Source: the human T2T-CHM13v2.0 reference genome, Homo sapiens. From it: a DNA stretch of 64,000 nt. The notes under the pieces are model-generated. The model worked only from the letters and a program-made list of their open reading frames with translations. It was not told where the DNA came from and did no database searches. Position 1 is the stretch's first letter. Each line of letters begins with the position of its first letter. The position numbers were made by a program, and so were the translations under genes. Shown in pieces: positions 40,418 to 57,650 of the stretch. The stretch lies in the NCBI RefSeq assembly GCF_009914755.1, contig NC_060926.1; one strand, written 5' to 3'.

Positions 40418-41959
40418 TGAGACATTTTAAATAAAAGAAGATTCATTCATTTACCCATAATTATTGAGCTACTAAACAAGAGAGTCCTATTCTTTGGATT
40501 CAGAATTCATTATGCTAACCTAACTCAAAGAAATAAACAAAATTGGTCTCTCGTTCTACATATATCAACACAATAATGCATGAACATCAATTGTGATAGA
40601 TACACATAGTAAAGGAATATAAAGCAAGAAAAATCAGTAAGCTAGAGCTAAATGCACTGACTTAATGAACTTCACAAATAAAATTTTGCGATTAACATTG
40701 TACTTATACATTCTACTCTGGCTTCTGACACCCAGACAAATTTTATTTGCAAATCATTTATAGTAATTTCTATTTTTGCATTTGTTATGTATAAAAGAGA
40801 AAAAGAACAAATAAAAAGATTCCACTCATTTATGTTACCCAATGAGTTACCATTAGTGCTTTAATGTTTTGATTTACCAAATAAACAACCACAGACTTCC
40901 TCATCATCAAAGATTAAGAAATTATTTTACCTTTTTCAAGTGCCATACCTGAACCAGATGATGAGTGCCAGTAGTTTAATGTAATAAGTAGTCAATTATT
41001 AATTAAACCTAGTTCTTCTAGCAAATTAACTACTTTGCAAGAACATCTGTAGCAGTATTGATATAAGGTCCCAGTTCATTTGATTATCAGTATCAGCACT
41101 ACCATGGGTTTTGTTACAATCAAATTAAGCTAACCAATTACACCAGTATCACATCAAATAACAGTTAATTAGAATAGTAGTATTGTAAAATAAAAAGCTT
41201 AAATTCAGTAGAATTTCTCAAATCCTTCCCAATAAAACCACCCTTTATGTACAGCAAACATTAGTATAAATCAACAGTAAAGACTCCGTTAATTCTGAAC
41301 TTCAAGTTTCTTGTGGACACTGAGAAATATCCTCCCCCAAACTACAAAATAGTAGTGAAACAGTATCCCAATGTGACTTTTGTTTAAGTCATAACCATCA
41401 TTCACCAACTAGTAAATTGCATTTTCCACTTATAAATTTACACAGACTGGAGAGGACATAGGTCTCCCATAAATTTATTCCTTACATTTCTGCTGCCAAG
41501 ATCTCAGCCCATTTACTTTGATCTGCTTCTGACTTATCTGGAAGAGCATGCTTATTAAGTCTTCTTGGATAAAATGTTCATGCTACCTCCCATCTTTGTT
41601 TCCTAGCATGTTACTTAAATATCTATTTAACTTCTTGCATCTAATTTTTCATAAGAGATGTTATCCATCCAAGCAACTTGCCATCCTTTCCATTTCTCCT
41701 GAAATAACGTTGTTTCTAAGTTGCTGTTTCATACTAATAAACCTTCTTTATCTAATGTATTTCTCTATTAAAGGTGAGTTTTCCTGACTTAGGAGTCCTT
41801 GACCCATGCCAGCATCATTTAAAATTCTTTTAGAGCATCTTAGCCAGTATTTGTGTTCAATAGACATGTTATCGTCATTGGATATTTATAACATGATCAA
41901 GTACGGATACATCATTTTGACCTAACAATGCTGGGTCCACCAAGATAGTGTCATACAGC

Positions 41960-42973
41960 TGAGAGGTGACAGTGTGCTGGCAGCCCTCGCAGCCCTCACT
42001 CGCTCTGGGTGCCTCCTTGGCCTCGCGCCCATTCTGGCCGCGCTTGAGGAGCCCTTCAGCCCCCCGCTGCACTGTGGGGAGCCCTTATCTGGGCTGGCCG
42101 AGGCCGGAGCCGGCTCCCTCAGCTTGTGGGGAGGTGTGGAGGGAGAGGCACGGGCGGGAACCGGGCTGCCTGAGGCACTTGCAGGCCAGCTAGAGTTCTG
42201 GGTGGGCGTGCGCTTGGTGGGCCCCACACTTGGAGCCGCCGGCCGGCCCTGCCGGTCCCAGGCAGTGAGGGGCTTAGCACCCAGGCCAGCAGCTGCGGAG
42301 GGTGCGCCGGGTCCCCCAGCAGTGCCAGCCCACTGGCGCTGCGCTGGATTTCTCGCCAGGCCTTAGCTGCCTCCCCGCAGGGCAGGGTTCAGGGCCTCCA
42401 GCCTGCCATGCCTGAGTCTTCCCCTCCTCGCACCCCCCCAACCCCCCACCCCCGCCAACACCCCCACCCCCCCCCCCACCCCCCCGTGGGCTCCTGTGCG
42501 GCCTGAGCCTCCCGGAGGAGCACCACCCCCTGCTCCACGGCGCCCGGTCCCATCGACCACCTAAGGTTCTGAGGAGTGCGGGTGTACGGTGGGACTGGCA
42601 GGCAGCTCCACCTGCAGCCCCAGTGGGAGATCCAATGGGTGAAGCCAGCTGGGCTCCTGAGTCTAGTCAGGACTTGGAGAATCTTTATGTCTAGCTAAGG
42701 GATTGTGAATGCACCAATAGGCACTCTGTATCTAGCTCAAGGTTTGTAAATGTACCAATCAGCACTCTGTGTCTAGCTCAGGGTTTGTAAACACACCAAT
42801 CAACACTCTATATCTAGCTAATCTAGTGGGGACCTGGAGAACTTTTGTGTCTAGCTCAGGGATTGTAAATGCACCAATCAGCACCATGTCAAAACGGACC
42901 AATCAGCGCTCTGTAAAACAGACCTATCGGCTCTCTGTAAAATGGACCAATCAGCAGGATGTGGGTGGGGCCA
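41960..42973 (+). mobile_element. LTR12 (LTR12C/E-like, ERV9) U3 only, 3'-truncated
   Basis: Starts TGAGAGGTGACAGTGTGCTGGCAGCCCTCGC; GC-rich U3; 41-bp CCAAT-containing repeats; stops at CAGGATGTGGGTGGGGCCA and abuts L1 sequence. Confidence 0.93.
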
Positions 42974-44412
42974 TCCTTAACAACATTAAATATTCTTATC
43001 TGGGGACATGGAATATTTAATCTATACAAGTCTTCTTTGTTTTTAACAGTGTTTTATAGTTTTAAGTGTACAGATTTAAACTTTTTGCTCTGAAATTAGT
43101 TTACTATTTTCTTTGCAATTTGGATTGTTCTTATTCTCTTTTCTTACCTAATTGCCTTGACTGAAACTTCCAGAACCATATTGAGCACAAATGGCAAGAC
43201 AAGTATTCCTGCCTTGTTTCTGATTTTAGAGGAAAACAACACAGTTTCACCATTAAGTTAGCTGTGGATTTTTAATACATGTTTGTTATTAGGAGGAAGA
43301 AGTCTTTTATTTTATTTTTTTCTGCTCTTAATTCTTTAAATGATTTTTTTTATCATGAAAGGACGTTATATTTTGTCAAATGTGTCTATTGACATGACCA
43401 AGTGTATTTTGTCCTCTGTTATATTAATATAGTATATTACAATAATTGATATTATAATGTTAAACCAACCTTGCATTCCTGGAATAAACCTCACCTGGTC
43501 ACAGTAAATAATTCTTTTCATAAATAAGCTGGATTCATTTCCAATATTGTGTTGAGGATTTCTAGTTTATATTTAAAGAATATATTAGTCTGTAATTTTC
43601 TTTTCTTGGGCTATGTTTGTCTGATCTTCATATCAGAGTAACACTGGCATCATACAAGTTAGAAAGTATTTTTACTCTTCTAATTTCTGACAAGTTTGTG
43701 AAAAATTAGTATTAATTGTTTAAATACTTGTTAGAATGCACCATTAAAATCAGTTAGGACTGGGCTTTTTCTTTGTGTAGATTACCTAAATTATTAGTTT
43801 TATCTTTTTTATATTTCATAAGACTATTAAAAATTTTCTACAGCTTCCAGAGTTAGTTTTGGAAATTGTGGCTTTCAAAAAATATATTTAACTCATGAAG
43901 TTATCTAATTTTCTAGCACTATTTATAGTATTTTCTTATAATACTTTTTTTATTTCTGCAAAGTAATTGCCTTTTGCATTTCTTAATATAGCATGTTATT
44001 CTCCCCTCTCTCTCTTTTTTTATTGGTCAATCCTGCTGGGAATTTATTAATTTCATGGCCTTTTTCACAAAAACTATTTTTGTGGAATTTTTCAATTTAA
44101 AAAATTTTTAAAAGTATATTTTCATTTTAGTAATTTCAGTTCTAATCTTTTTATTTGTCATGTCTGCCTGCCCTAGGTTTAATTTACTCTGTTTTCTAGT
44201 GTCCTATGGTGAATGGTGAGTATATTAATTTGAGATTTCTTCTTTCTTTCAAATATAGGTGATTGTAGCTGTAAATTTCTCTCCAGGCAGTTGATTTAGC
44301 TGCATTCTACATGTATTGTTATAATATTTGTTTATTTTTATATATTTCTAAATATTTTTAAATTTTCCTTGTGTGAGTTCTTCATTAATTCATTGTTTTT
44401 AAGAGGATTATT

Positions 44413-44803
<391 letters not shown>

Positions 44804-45704
44804 CTAAAATTTATGGAGGTTTGCCTTATGGACTGGTGTATGGTTTATCATGGAGAATATTTCATGTGTGTTTGAGAAGAATACATATTCTACTGTTAAT
44901 TGGTGGAGTGTTCCTTGCAAATTTGTTAGGTCTAACTGATTTCTAGTATTGTACAATTTTTCTATATTCTGTCTGAACTACTGCTTTATTGTTCTAATAT
45001 ATTGTGGAAAGTGGAGGTCTGAAGTCTACAACTATAACTGTCAAATTGTCTCTCCCTTTGAGTCTTTCAATTTCTTCTTCATGTACCTTTGGGCTCTATT
45101 CTTGGGTGTCTATATGTTTATAATTGTTAGATCTTTCTGATAGTTTGTATTTATATCATTATAAAATGTTTCTCTTTAGTTATAATAACGTTTGATTAGA
45201 AAGTCTAAATTGTATATTTGTACAGCAGTCCCAGCTCTTTTATCATTACTGTTCGCATAATATGTCTTTTCCCAACATTTTACTATAAATCACCTTGTAA
45301 TGTTCTGTTTCTTTATTCACTTTACTCTGACTTTTGAATTAATTATTGAATTTATTTGTATTTAATGCTATTATTGATATGGCTGAGTTTGTTATTTTAG
45401 TTTTGATTTCTGTATGTCTCATGTCTTTTTTGTTGCTCTCTTCATCTTTTACTGTATTCTTTTGCATTAAGGAGACTTTTTTATAGTGTAAAATTTTACT
45501 ATCAGTGATTGTATTCAGTATATTGTTTTTGTATATTTCATTGGTTGCTCTATGGCTCACAAAATACATCTCAAATTATCAGAATTTACTTCAGATTTAT
45601 ACAAGGTTATTACAGTGAGTTACAGAAACTTTAATCCTATACAGCTCTATTCTCTCTTCCCCTTTTTTCGTGTCATCAATGCTTTTCTCTCTCTCGCTCT
45701 CTTT

Positions 45705-46138
45705 CTATACATATAACATATATGTTATATGTATATACAAATTATATAATTGATGCTATATTTATATATAAAATTATATATGTAATATGTGTTTATAAAT
45801 TATATATAACGTATATGTATATAAATTATTCATATTTATATATAAAAATGATATACAACATATATGTATATAAATTCATATTTATATATAAAATTATATA
45901 TAACATATGTATATAAATTATTCATATTTATATATTATATATACATATTTTACATTTATATATAAATTATACATCTATATATAATGCATACATCTAAGCT
46001 TATCTGTTATATATATGTTTTACATACATCAATGTGTGGGTATATATGTACACACATATATATACACACATAAATATATATATGCATGCATATATATGTG
46101 TGTGCGTGCATGAGTATATATATATATATATACACACA
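45705..46138. repeat. TA-rich low-complexity / degenerate minisatellite
   Basis: Recurrent TATATAAATTAT(T)CATATTT-like units in nearly pure A/T sequence. Confidence 0.85.
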
Positions 46139-46902
46139 GGAAGTTTATATGTGTTGCTATCATGGAGCCTCAAGCTTCCTCTTAATTACTTACCATCATA
46201 ATCGCCATTGTTTCAATAGCAGTCTTTGGCTTTACTTTCCCCGTGTTCTTTTCCAAATAAAAAGTGAAAGTTATGGGGTTCTCTGTTCTTAAGTCTTGCA
46301 GCTCTCCCTGGACATAACCTGTCTGCCATTACTCTCAAGATGGGAAGGGGCGTAACAGTCCATTTATCTGGGAATGGGAACCTGCTTTACAATCAGATTG
46401 CTCAAAGAGTAATAGTTTTCTCAAATTGCCTCTCCTGACATGAAGCCTCCCTCTGACTATGGAGCTAGCTAGGGTGAGAGTGACCATTGCCCAATATTGT
46501 CCTTCCTTTTCTGTTGTGGAATTTCCATGATAGTAACAGAGATTGGGTGGAAGAAGGAAGCCCCTGACCCCTGGGCTTCACTTGCCTGGAATAGTGCTTC
46601 AACAGCATGAAGCTGTGGGGTTATAAAATATGCTGTTGTTCTGACCTTCCCATTAAAAACAAGCAAAAACAAAAACAAAACAGAGCCCTATGCTAGGAGA
46701 TGGGAGGAGAGGAAGCCTCATCTTTTTGGCACACCATCCTGGAGGAGAGCCTTTATTTCACTAAGCTGGGGCTAGTGAAGTGATAGAATGTGACTTGAAT
46801 TTACAGATTCTCACTGTTCTTAACAAGATTTAGTAGATTTTTCTAAATAAATAAGTCTTTCTTTCATGAATAATCTTAGGAAAATTTCCAGAGACTTTAG
46901 AG

Positions 46903-46904
<2 letters not shown>

Positions 46905-46944
<40 letters not shown>

Positions 46945-46967
46945 CAGAGAGAGAGAGAGAGAAAGAG
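46905..46967. repeat. Compound (GT)n(GA)n microsatellite
   Basis: About 19 GT units followed by GA run. Confidence 0.95.
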
Positions 46968-47195
46968 ATTTCTATTTTCATCAGTTATGTTTGCTTTTCC
47001 GGGGAGAAGATCCAGGGGCACCTTACATCACTATTAGGGAAGTGTCTCTCTTCTTGTGTAGCACTCCTTTTTAATCACATTATCATGTATTACTTTTCGT
47101 AATTACCTAAATCTTTCCATTTATTTATGCCTTTTTAAACAAATCAATCAATTTTTTGGATCTGCCAAGTTACATTGGGTATATGGTTTGGATCA

Positions 47196-47471
<276 letters not shown>

Positions 47472-50400
47472 TTAAATTGTATCAATCTCCTCTGCTAAAA
47501 TCTACTGATTTTCTGGTAAAACTTACACTCCTTACTTTAGAATGCATTCACAAATAATCTCTGTTAGCCTCTAGCTTGTTGTTGTGAACAACAAGAGTTT
47601 TCATTTTTCCCATGCATAGCTCAGAGCTCTTAGACATTCCATTTCATTGACTGGCACGCATTTTCTGTATTTATTTCTAATTCGAAACTTCAGTATAACT
47701 ATAAACTTCCTAGAAGCCCAGCTAAAATCCCCCCGTCTGTTGCCATCTGATTAGTGTTCCCACTTCTGAGATTTTATATTATGCATATTAGGAGATAGCT
47801 CCATCACTTATCATAGCTGATTACAATCTTTGAGTTATTTTCTATCTTATTACTAGAATATGGTCAAGAGCTTTTGAATCTTCTGAGTTTATAATTCTTC
47901 TTTGACCTCAGTATCTGAGCATTACAGGTACTAAAGGAAAGCTTATTTTTCCTACAAAGCTCTTCTACAAGCAGAGCCCCTGATGACACTCAGTACTTAC
48001 TTAGTGTAGTACTTTTAATTTAGTGTGAGGGACTAGAAACATTGAAAAGTTATGGAACCATTATTTTTGCTTTGATTTATAATTATTAAGTTATTTAAAA
48101 TAAAAATAAAAAGTTGAACATTTTTAATAAAAGTATAAGGCCCTTTGTAAATGAGTTATTATTATTTTTAAATCATTATGGCCTACTATATTTTGCAGAT
48201 ATCTTCTAATTTTAAATTGCAAACGTTGTTCATTTTTAATTAAAATTAAAATTTGTACATACTAAGTGTCCACTAAGATTTAAAGTATGCTCCTGGCTGT
48301 GCATTTCTGATTGCTTTCATTTTATATTTTATACTTATAAGTAAACATATGTATAGTTTTACAAGCTAATCCCAATCTTATTTGATCCCCTCACTAGATC
48401 TGAAAGGTTATTTTTAATAATTATTTACCAATTTTATAGATAAGGATATTGGAAATTGTTAGAGATTAAATGCCTTTTTCCAAGTACATGATACAGTCTG
48501 ACGTCTGCCGCTGAACACTTATATTTACATGCACTGAAACCCAATCTTTCTTCTTCAAATTGATAATGTTTCCCTTCTTAAAGCTTTGTCTTTTACATCG
48601 CAAAACAGGATAACAGGGAGAAATGACAAATTACAGAAGTGGTTACCTGATAATAAATCTTACTACCTTTAGGTGAATCACTTACAGGACTTTTTAGGAT
48701 GGTGACAGTGTATTTGGCTTAGGTTTATGTTTTCCACATTTAATGTCATCTTTACATTTTTCAAAAGCCAGCAAGAGTTTGCTATTCAGAAAGAGAGCAT
48801 CTTACCTTCACAGCAAGAGACATCCTTTTAGATAATCCTTAGAACAAGCTAATGCTGAAAAACCTGATGGTATGAAGGAAGAGACCCATGTTGGAAAGGG
48901 AATATGGGTTGTTTACTAAGGGAAGAAATGCCAGTATCAGGCTCAACACTCATCTAACAGTGGGAATACTTGTTACATTAACAAGATCTACTGACAGACT
49001 CCATCTGTGTCTTCTCACCAAACAAGGTCACTCAGTCAGATACTATGGAGCCTAATGAGGAAAATGCCAAGTCTCTGGAGTGATAATAGAGGTTCACTCT
49101 GACTTACGCCTCAGGCACTGGCAATATTTTTAGGTCTGGAAAATAAAATAAGGCACAGAAAAAGGTCATAATTTTTATCAAGCCAATCCACCTTGAAAAA
49201 TAGCTGTGCAAGTGAGTATATTTAATATTGTTTTACTTTCTTGAAATTCAAGGTTACTTTTCTCTTTTTCAAAGTGGTCCTGAAGGGTTTCAATACTTAC
49301 CTGAACATTACATTTATATATGTTATTAGGTTAAAGGGTCTGTGCCACAGCTCTTTTATTTTATATCTAAGAAAGGAAATACCTACAAAATGCTAAAAGG
49401 GCTTGTTGTTTTTGTGCATGTAATGTATTATTAGCTCTTTCTTTGAAAAAAAGGCCTCACAAAATTTCTCTGTAGCATTAGATATCACGATATTTCTTAA
49501 ACTTGGGAATTAGATGTTTGGTTTCATGTCTTAGCACCTGTAATCACAAAGCTATTAAGTAGCTTTTTTACTTGAGCAAATAGCTTATCATCTCTGAACC
49601 TGTGTCCTTAATGGACAAATAATGGATTTAGAATAAATAATAATTGAGATCCCTTAAAATGTAAACACTCTCCAGGCTCATTACTTATATATCAAACTTA
49701 CGTACCTTTTTTTTTTTTTATCAGCAGACCTCTTCAAATACCTATTATAGATAGCCCTAGTTTGATTCATGAAAACCACATGATATTAGAACATACCTAA
49801 TTTCCTGGTCTGTTTTTATTATCCCTGCACTTTGTTCAAATGCCATCCACTAATTTGGTATTTTCTGTAGATTTATGAAGTCTTAAAGTGTTTTGCTACA
49901 GCTTTCTTTATACATTCAAATTTTATTACAGAAATAAAAATAAATTAAAATGTTTCCTAGTCTATCAACTACTTCCACTCCTTTTTTTATTTATCAGAAA
50001 GGATTCTCTCTTTAAAAATAAAGCAAACAAACATACAAACAAAAAAAAAATCCACTAAGACATAAATGTCACAATCTGTACTTTATTTACTATACTGAAG
50101 TCAAAGATTGCTGAGTAACTGACCTTAAACATAATGGGAAGGGAAGCTTTCACAAGGATAAGACCATGGATATAATCAACATTCACCAAAAACAAATCAT
50201 GAACTGTAAATTTGCTGACTTATTGTAGTGCAACTGAGTAAAAGCCTCTGTGGAAAATTTAAAGTATTTTATTCAACTAATTTTACTGAAAAGCAATTAT
50301 TTATTGGTTGCCATGTTTAAAGGATCAGGAAAGACAATTAGTCTAAGTTAAGGCATTTGAATTTGAGGTACCGTTGGTCTAGAACACACCATACAGAGTC

Positions 50401-50570
50401 CAGAGCTGGTAAAGGTCCATCATTTAGAAGTGATATAGAAAAGAACAAGACAGAGTAAAAGCTCTATGCCATCAGGACTAGAGATTAGTTTGTTAATTAA
50501 GAAATCAAATTATGGCAAGAATTAATAATAAAATGCCTTAAATATTTTAATTTGTAGCTTTTTAAAATTG

Positions 50571-51357
50571 TATTTATTTATTCATTCATTTTATTATACT
50601 TTCAAGTTTTAGGGTACATGTGCACAACGTGCAGGTTTGTTACATACCAACGGTGTGCTGCACCCATTCACTCGTCATTTAACATTAGGTATATCTCCAA
50701 ATGCTATCCCTCCCCCCTCCCCCCACCCCACAACAGGCCCCAGTGTGTGATGTTCCCCTTCCTGTGTCCATGTGTTCTCATTGTTCAATTCCCACCTATG
50801 AGTGAGAACATGCGGTGTTTGGTTTTTTATCCTTGTGATAGTTTGCTGAGAATGATGGTTTCCAGCTTCATCCATGTCCCTACAAAGGACATGAACTCAT
50901 CCTTTTTTATGGCTGCATAGTATTCCATGGTGTATATGTGCCACATTTTCTTAATCCAGTCTATCATTGTTGGACATTTGGGTTGGTTCCAAGTCTTTGC
51001 TATGGTGAATAGTGCCACAATAAACATACGTGTGCATGTGTCTTTATAGCAGCATGATTTATAATCCTTTGGGTATATACCCAGTAATGGGAGGGCTGGG
51101 TTAAATGGTGTTTCTAGTTCTAGATCTCTGAGGAATTGCCACACTGTCTTCCACAATGGTTGAACTAGTTTACAGTCCCACCAACAGTGTAAAAGTGTTC
51201 CTATTTCTCCACATCCTCTCCAGCACCTGTTGTTTCCTGACTTTTTAATGATTGCCATTCTAACTGGTGTGAGATGGTATCTCATTGTGGTTTTGATTTG
51301 CATTTCTCTGATGGCCAGTGATGATGAGCATTTTTTCATGTGTCTTTTGGCTGCATA
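50571..51357 (-). mobile_element. L1PA (L1PA4/5-like) 3' ~0.8 kb
   Basis: Antisense 3'UTR TTATTATACTTT..AAGTTTTAGGGTACATGTGCAC; ORF 50827-51339 is the open ORF2p C-terminus ([27 protein letters not shown]). Confidence 0.95.
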
Positions 51358-53117
51358 CTTTTAAATGCATAAATGTAACTGAAACTCTTTCAAATAAGAC
51401 CTAGCATTTTCTTTGAGTATAAGCCTACTGACTGGCATTGTTTAATTTTTTAATAAACCACACAAAAAATATTTCCTTGCCTCAGTACTAATGAGAAACT
51501 ATGTGTACCACAGTAACAAATCTCAAAATGACACTATTTCTAGAGTGTCTCTGCTTACTAAACCAGCGTAAGAGTGTTCACACATTGAGTTACAAATTTT
51601 TACAATAGTTCCCTCATTCCTTACCATCTTGAGGCCTTTTTAAAAATGTAGCATAATAATATAGTTTTGATATAATTAATGTATAAATTTTAAAATTTAC
51701 ATAAATATCAGCAACTCCAATTTTATTATACAAAAATTAAACACTATATTTCTTATGTCCATGTAAAAATATTATTTCATAATGCATTTCAAATTTCAGT
51801 ATTTTTATTAACACATAATAACATGTATTAATACCTGATACATATTTATGGAGTACAGATGATTTTTGATACATGCATACAATGCAAAATGATCACAACA
51901 AGGTATTTATTATATTCATCATCCAATCATTTGTCATTTCTTCATGATGGAAATATTCCAAATATTCTTTTCCAGGTATTTTGAAATAAACAATTAATTA
52001 CTGTTAACTATAGTTATCCTGTAGTGCTGTCAAAAACTAGAACTTATTCCTTCCATCTAATTATATGTTTGTGCCCATTAACCAACCTCTTTTCAGCCCC
52101 ATACCCACCCTTCCCAGCCTCTGGCATCTATCACTCTACTCTCTACTTTCATGAAATCAATTTTTATAGCACCCACAGGTGAGTGTGAGCTTGTGATATT
52201 GGTCTTTCTGTGCCTAGCTTATTTAACAAAATGAACTCCAGTTCCATCCATGCACCCGCCAATGACAGGATTTTATTTTTTTATGATAGATAGAATTCCA
52301 TTGTGTATATATACCACGTTTGCTTTATTAATTCTGTTGTTGATGGACAGTCAGGTTGATTCCATATCTTGGTTATTGTGAATAGTGCTGCAATAAACAA
52401 GTGGGGTACAGCTATCTATTTGATATGCTGATTTCTTTTCCTTTGAATAAATACCATCAAATGAGATTGCTGGATCCTATTGTAGGTCTTTTTTTTTAGT
52501 TTTATGAAAAATTGTCACACTGCTTTCCATAATGGCTAAACTAATTTACATTCCCACCAACAATGTATAATAGTTCCCTTTTCTCCCAGTCCTTTCCAGC
52601 ATTTATTTTTTATTTCTTTGATAATAGCCATTCTGAGGTGAGATGATAACTCGTTGCCGTTTGAACTTGCATTTCCATGATGATTAGTAATGTTGAGCAT
52701 TTTTAAATATACATGTTAGACATTTGTATGTCTTGTATGTCTTATTTTGGGAAAAGTCTACTCAGATTCTTTGCCCACTTTTTAATGGGTTTATTTATTC
52801 TTTTGCTGTTGAGTTTTTTTTCTTCTGAATTCTGAGTATTAGTCCCCTGTCAGATTAATAGCTATTTCTCTCAATCTAAAGATTGTTCTTCACTCTGTTT
52901 CTTTGCTGTCCAGAGCTTTTTATTTTAATGTAGCCCACTTATCTATTTTTGTAGAGGCATTTTGCCTGTGCTTTTGAAGTCCCAGTCATAAAATCTTTGC
53001 CTAGACAACTGTCCTAAAGCATTTCCCCTGTTTTTGCCTAGAAGTTTTATAATTTTAGGTCTTATGATTTAAACACTTAGTGTTACTGTGATGTATCACA
53101 TTTATTAATTTGCACGT

Positions 53118-54887
<1,770 letters not shown>

Positions 54888-56234
54888 TAATTTGCATGTT
54901 TTGAACAATGTTTGCATCCCTGGGATAAATCTGATTTGATCATGGTGTGTTATCTTCTTAATATGTTGTTGGATTTGACTTGCTACTATAATGTTGAGGA
55001 TTGTTTCATTTATATTCATCAGGTTTATTTTCTTCTAGTTTCCTTTTTTGTTGTGTCCCTATCTAGTTTTGGCATTAGGGTAGTGCTGACCTCATAGAAT
55101 GAAGTAGTCAGAATTCTCTCCTCTTCTAATTTTTGGAATAATTTGAGAATTGTAACTAGCTTTTCTTTAGAAGTCTGGAAGAATTCCATGTAGCAGTAAA
55201 GCCATGGGGTCTTGGGCATTTCTTTTTTTGGAAGACTTTTATTGCTGATTCAATCTCATAGTCATTATTGGCCTGTTCAAGTTTTCTATTCCATCCTAGT
55301 TCAATTTTGGTAGGGTGTATGTGTCCAGGAATTTATCCATTTCCTCTAGGTTTCCAATTTGTTGTCATATGATTGTTCATAATAAATTCTAATGATCCTT
55401 TATGTTTCCATTATATCAGATGTAATGTCTCATTTTTATCTCTGATATTATTTTTTCAGGTCTTCTCTCTTTTTTCTTGACTAGTATAGCAAGCAGTTTA
55501 TCAATTATGTTTATCTTTTGGAAAAAGTAATTTTTCATTTCATCGATTATTTATAATTTTTTTTAGTCTCCATTTTGTCTAGTTGTTTTCTAATCATTAT
55601 TATTTCTGTCCTACTAATTTGGGCTTTGATTTGTTGTTACTTTTCTATTTCTTTGAGGTGCATCATTAGGATTGTTATTTAAATTCCTTCTCCTTTTTGT
55701 AGCTGTTTATTGCTGTGAAGTTTCCTCTTATCCCTGCTTTTGCTGTGTCACGTGGGTTTTTGTTTGTTGTATTTCCATTTTTACTTGTTTCAAATTTCCT
55801 TTTACATTTTTTCTTACTATCTTTGTCGATGCAAAGGTAATTTAAAAGTATGTTCTTTAATTTACATGTATTTGTTAAATTTTCAAAGTTTTGTTTCTTA
55901 TTGTAGTTTTATTCCTTTATGTTCTAAAAAGATATTTGATATGATTTAAATTAAAAAAATATTTAAACTTGTTTTGTGGCCTAATATATGGTCTGTCCCA
56001 GAGAATGTTTGCATGTGCTGATGAGAAGACTGTGTATTCTGCTACTGTTTGATAAAAGGTTTAGTAAATAAATTTCTGTTAGGTCCATTTAATCTACAGT
56101 GCAAATTTAGTCTCACAGTTCTTTGCTTATTTTCTCTCTAAATAATCTGTCCAATGCTGAAAGTGTAGTGTAGAAAGTCCCAACTATTAATGTATTGGTG
56201 TCTATCTCTCCCTTTAATTCTAATAATATTTGCT

Positions 56235-56325
56235 ATATATATATATCTATATATCTATATATATAGATAGATATACACACACATACATATATATATATAT
56301 AAACATACACACACACACACGCACA
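56235..56325. repeat. (TA)n/(CA)n compound microsatellite within L1
   Basis: Read directly. Confidence 0.85.
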
Positions 56326-56919
56326 TCTTCCAATGTTGACTGTGTGTATGTGTGTGTTTACAATTGTTATAATGTCTTCGTGATTTTGCCCATTTGTTAT
56401 TATGTAATGACCCTTACGTCACTTTTTATGTTTTTGACAAAAGAGTGTTTTGTCTAATATAGGTATAAACATTCTACATGCTTCTGTTTTCTGTTTGTGT
56501 GGAATATTTTCTTTTCATCCATTTCATTTCAGTCTATTTCTGTCTTTACACATAAAGTAAACGTCTTGTCAGCAACATACAGCTAGATTTCTCTTTTAAT
56601 CCATTTAGCCAGTCTATATCTATATCAAATTATGTAAACTCAAGGTTGTTATTAATACATGAGGACTTACTACTGTCATTTTGTTAATTGCATTCTGATT
56701 ATGTAGTTTATCTCGTTCCTTTCTTCTTTTAGTGTTTACTTTTATTTTTCAGTTTGTTTTTTTTTTTGTAAAGATAACATGTCAGTCCATTTTCTTTCTA
56801 ATTTAGGTATATTCTCTGTCAGTGAGTTTTATAATTTAGTGGATTTCAACGAAGGTAGATTTCATTCCTTTGCTTTCAGATGTATGATTCTTGTAAGCAT
56901 TTATTTTAGGGCCAGTCTA

Positions 56920-57650
<731 letters not shown>

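Noticed and set aside
41875-42560. Several 65-130 aa GC-rich ORFs
   Set aside because: Lie in LTR12 U3; stop-poor because of GC content.
50827-51339. Intact 170-aa ORF2p C-terminal ORF
   Set aside because: Expected in a young 5'-truncated L1PA; no promoter, EN or RT.
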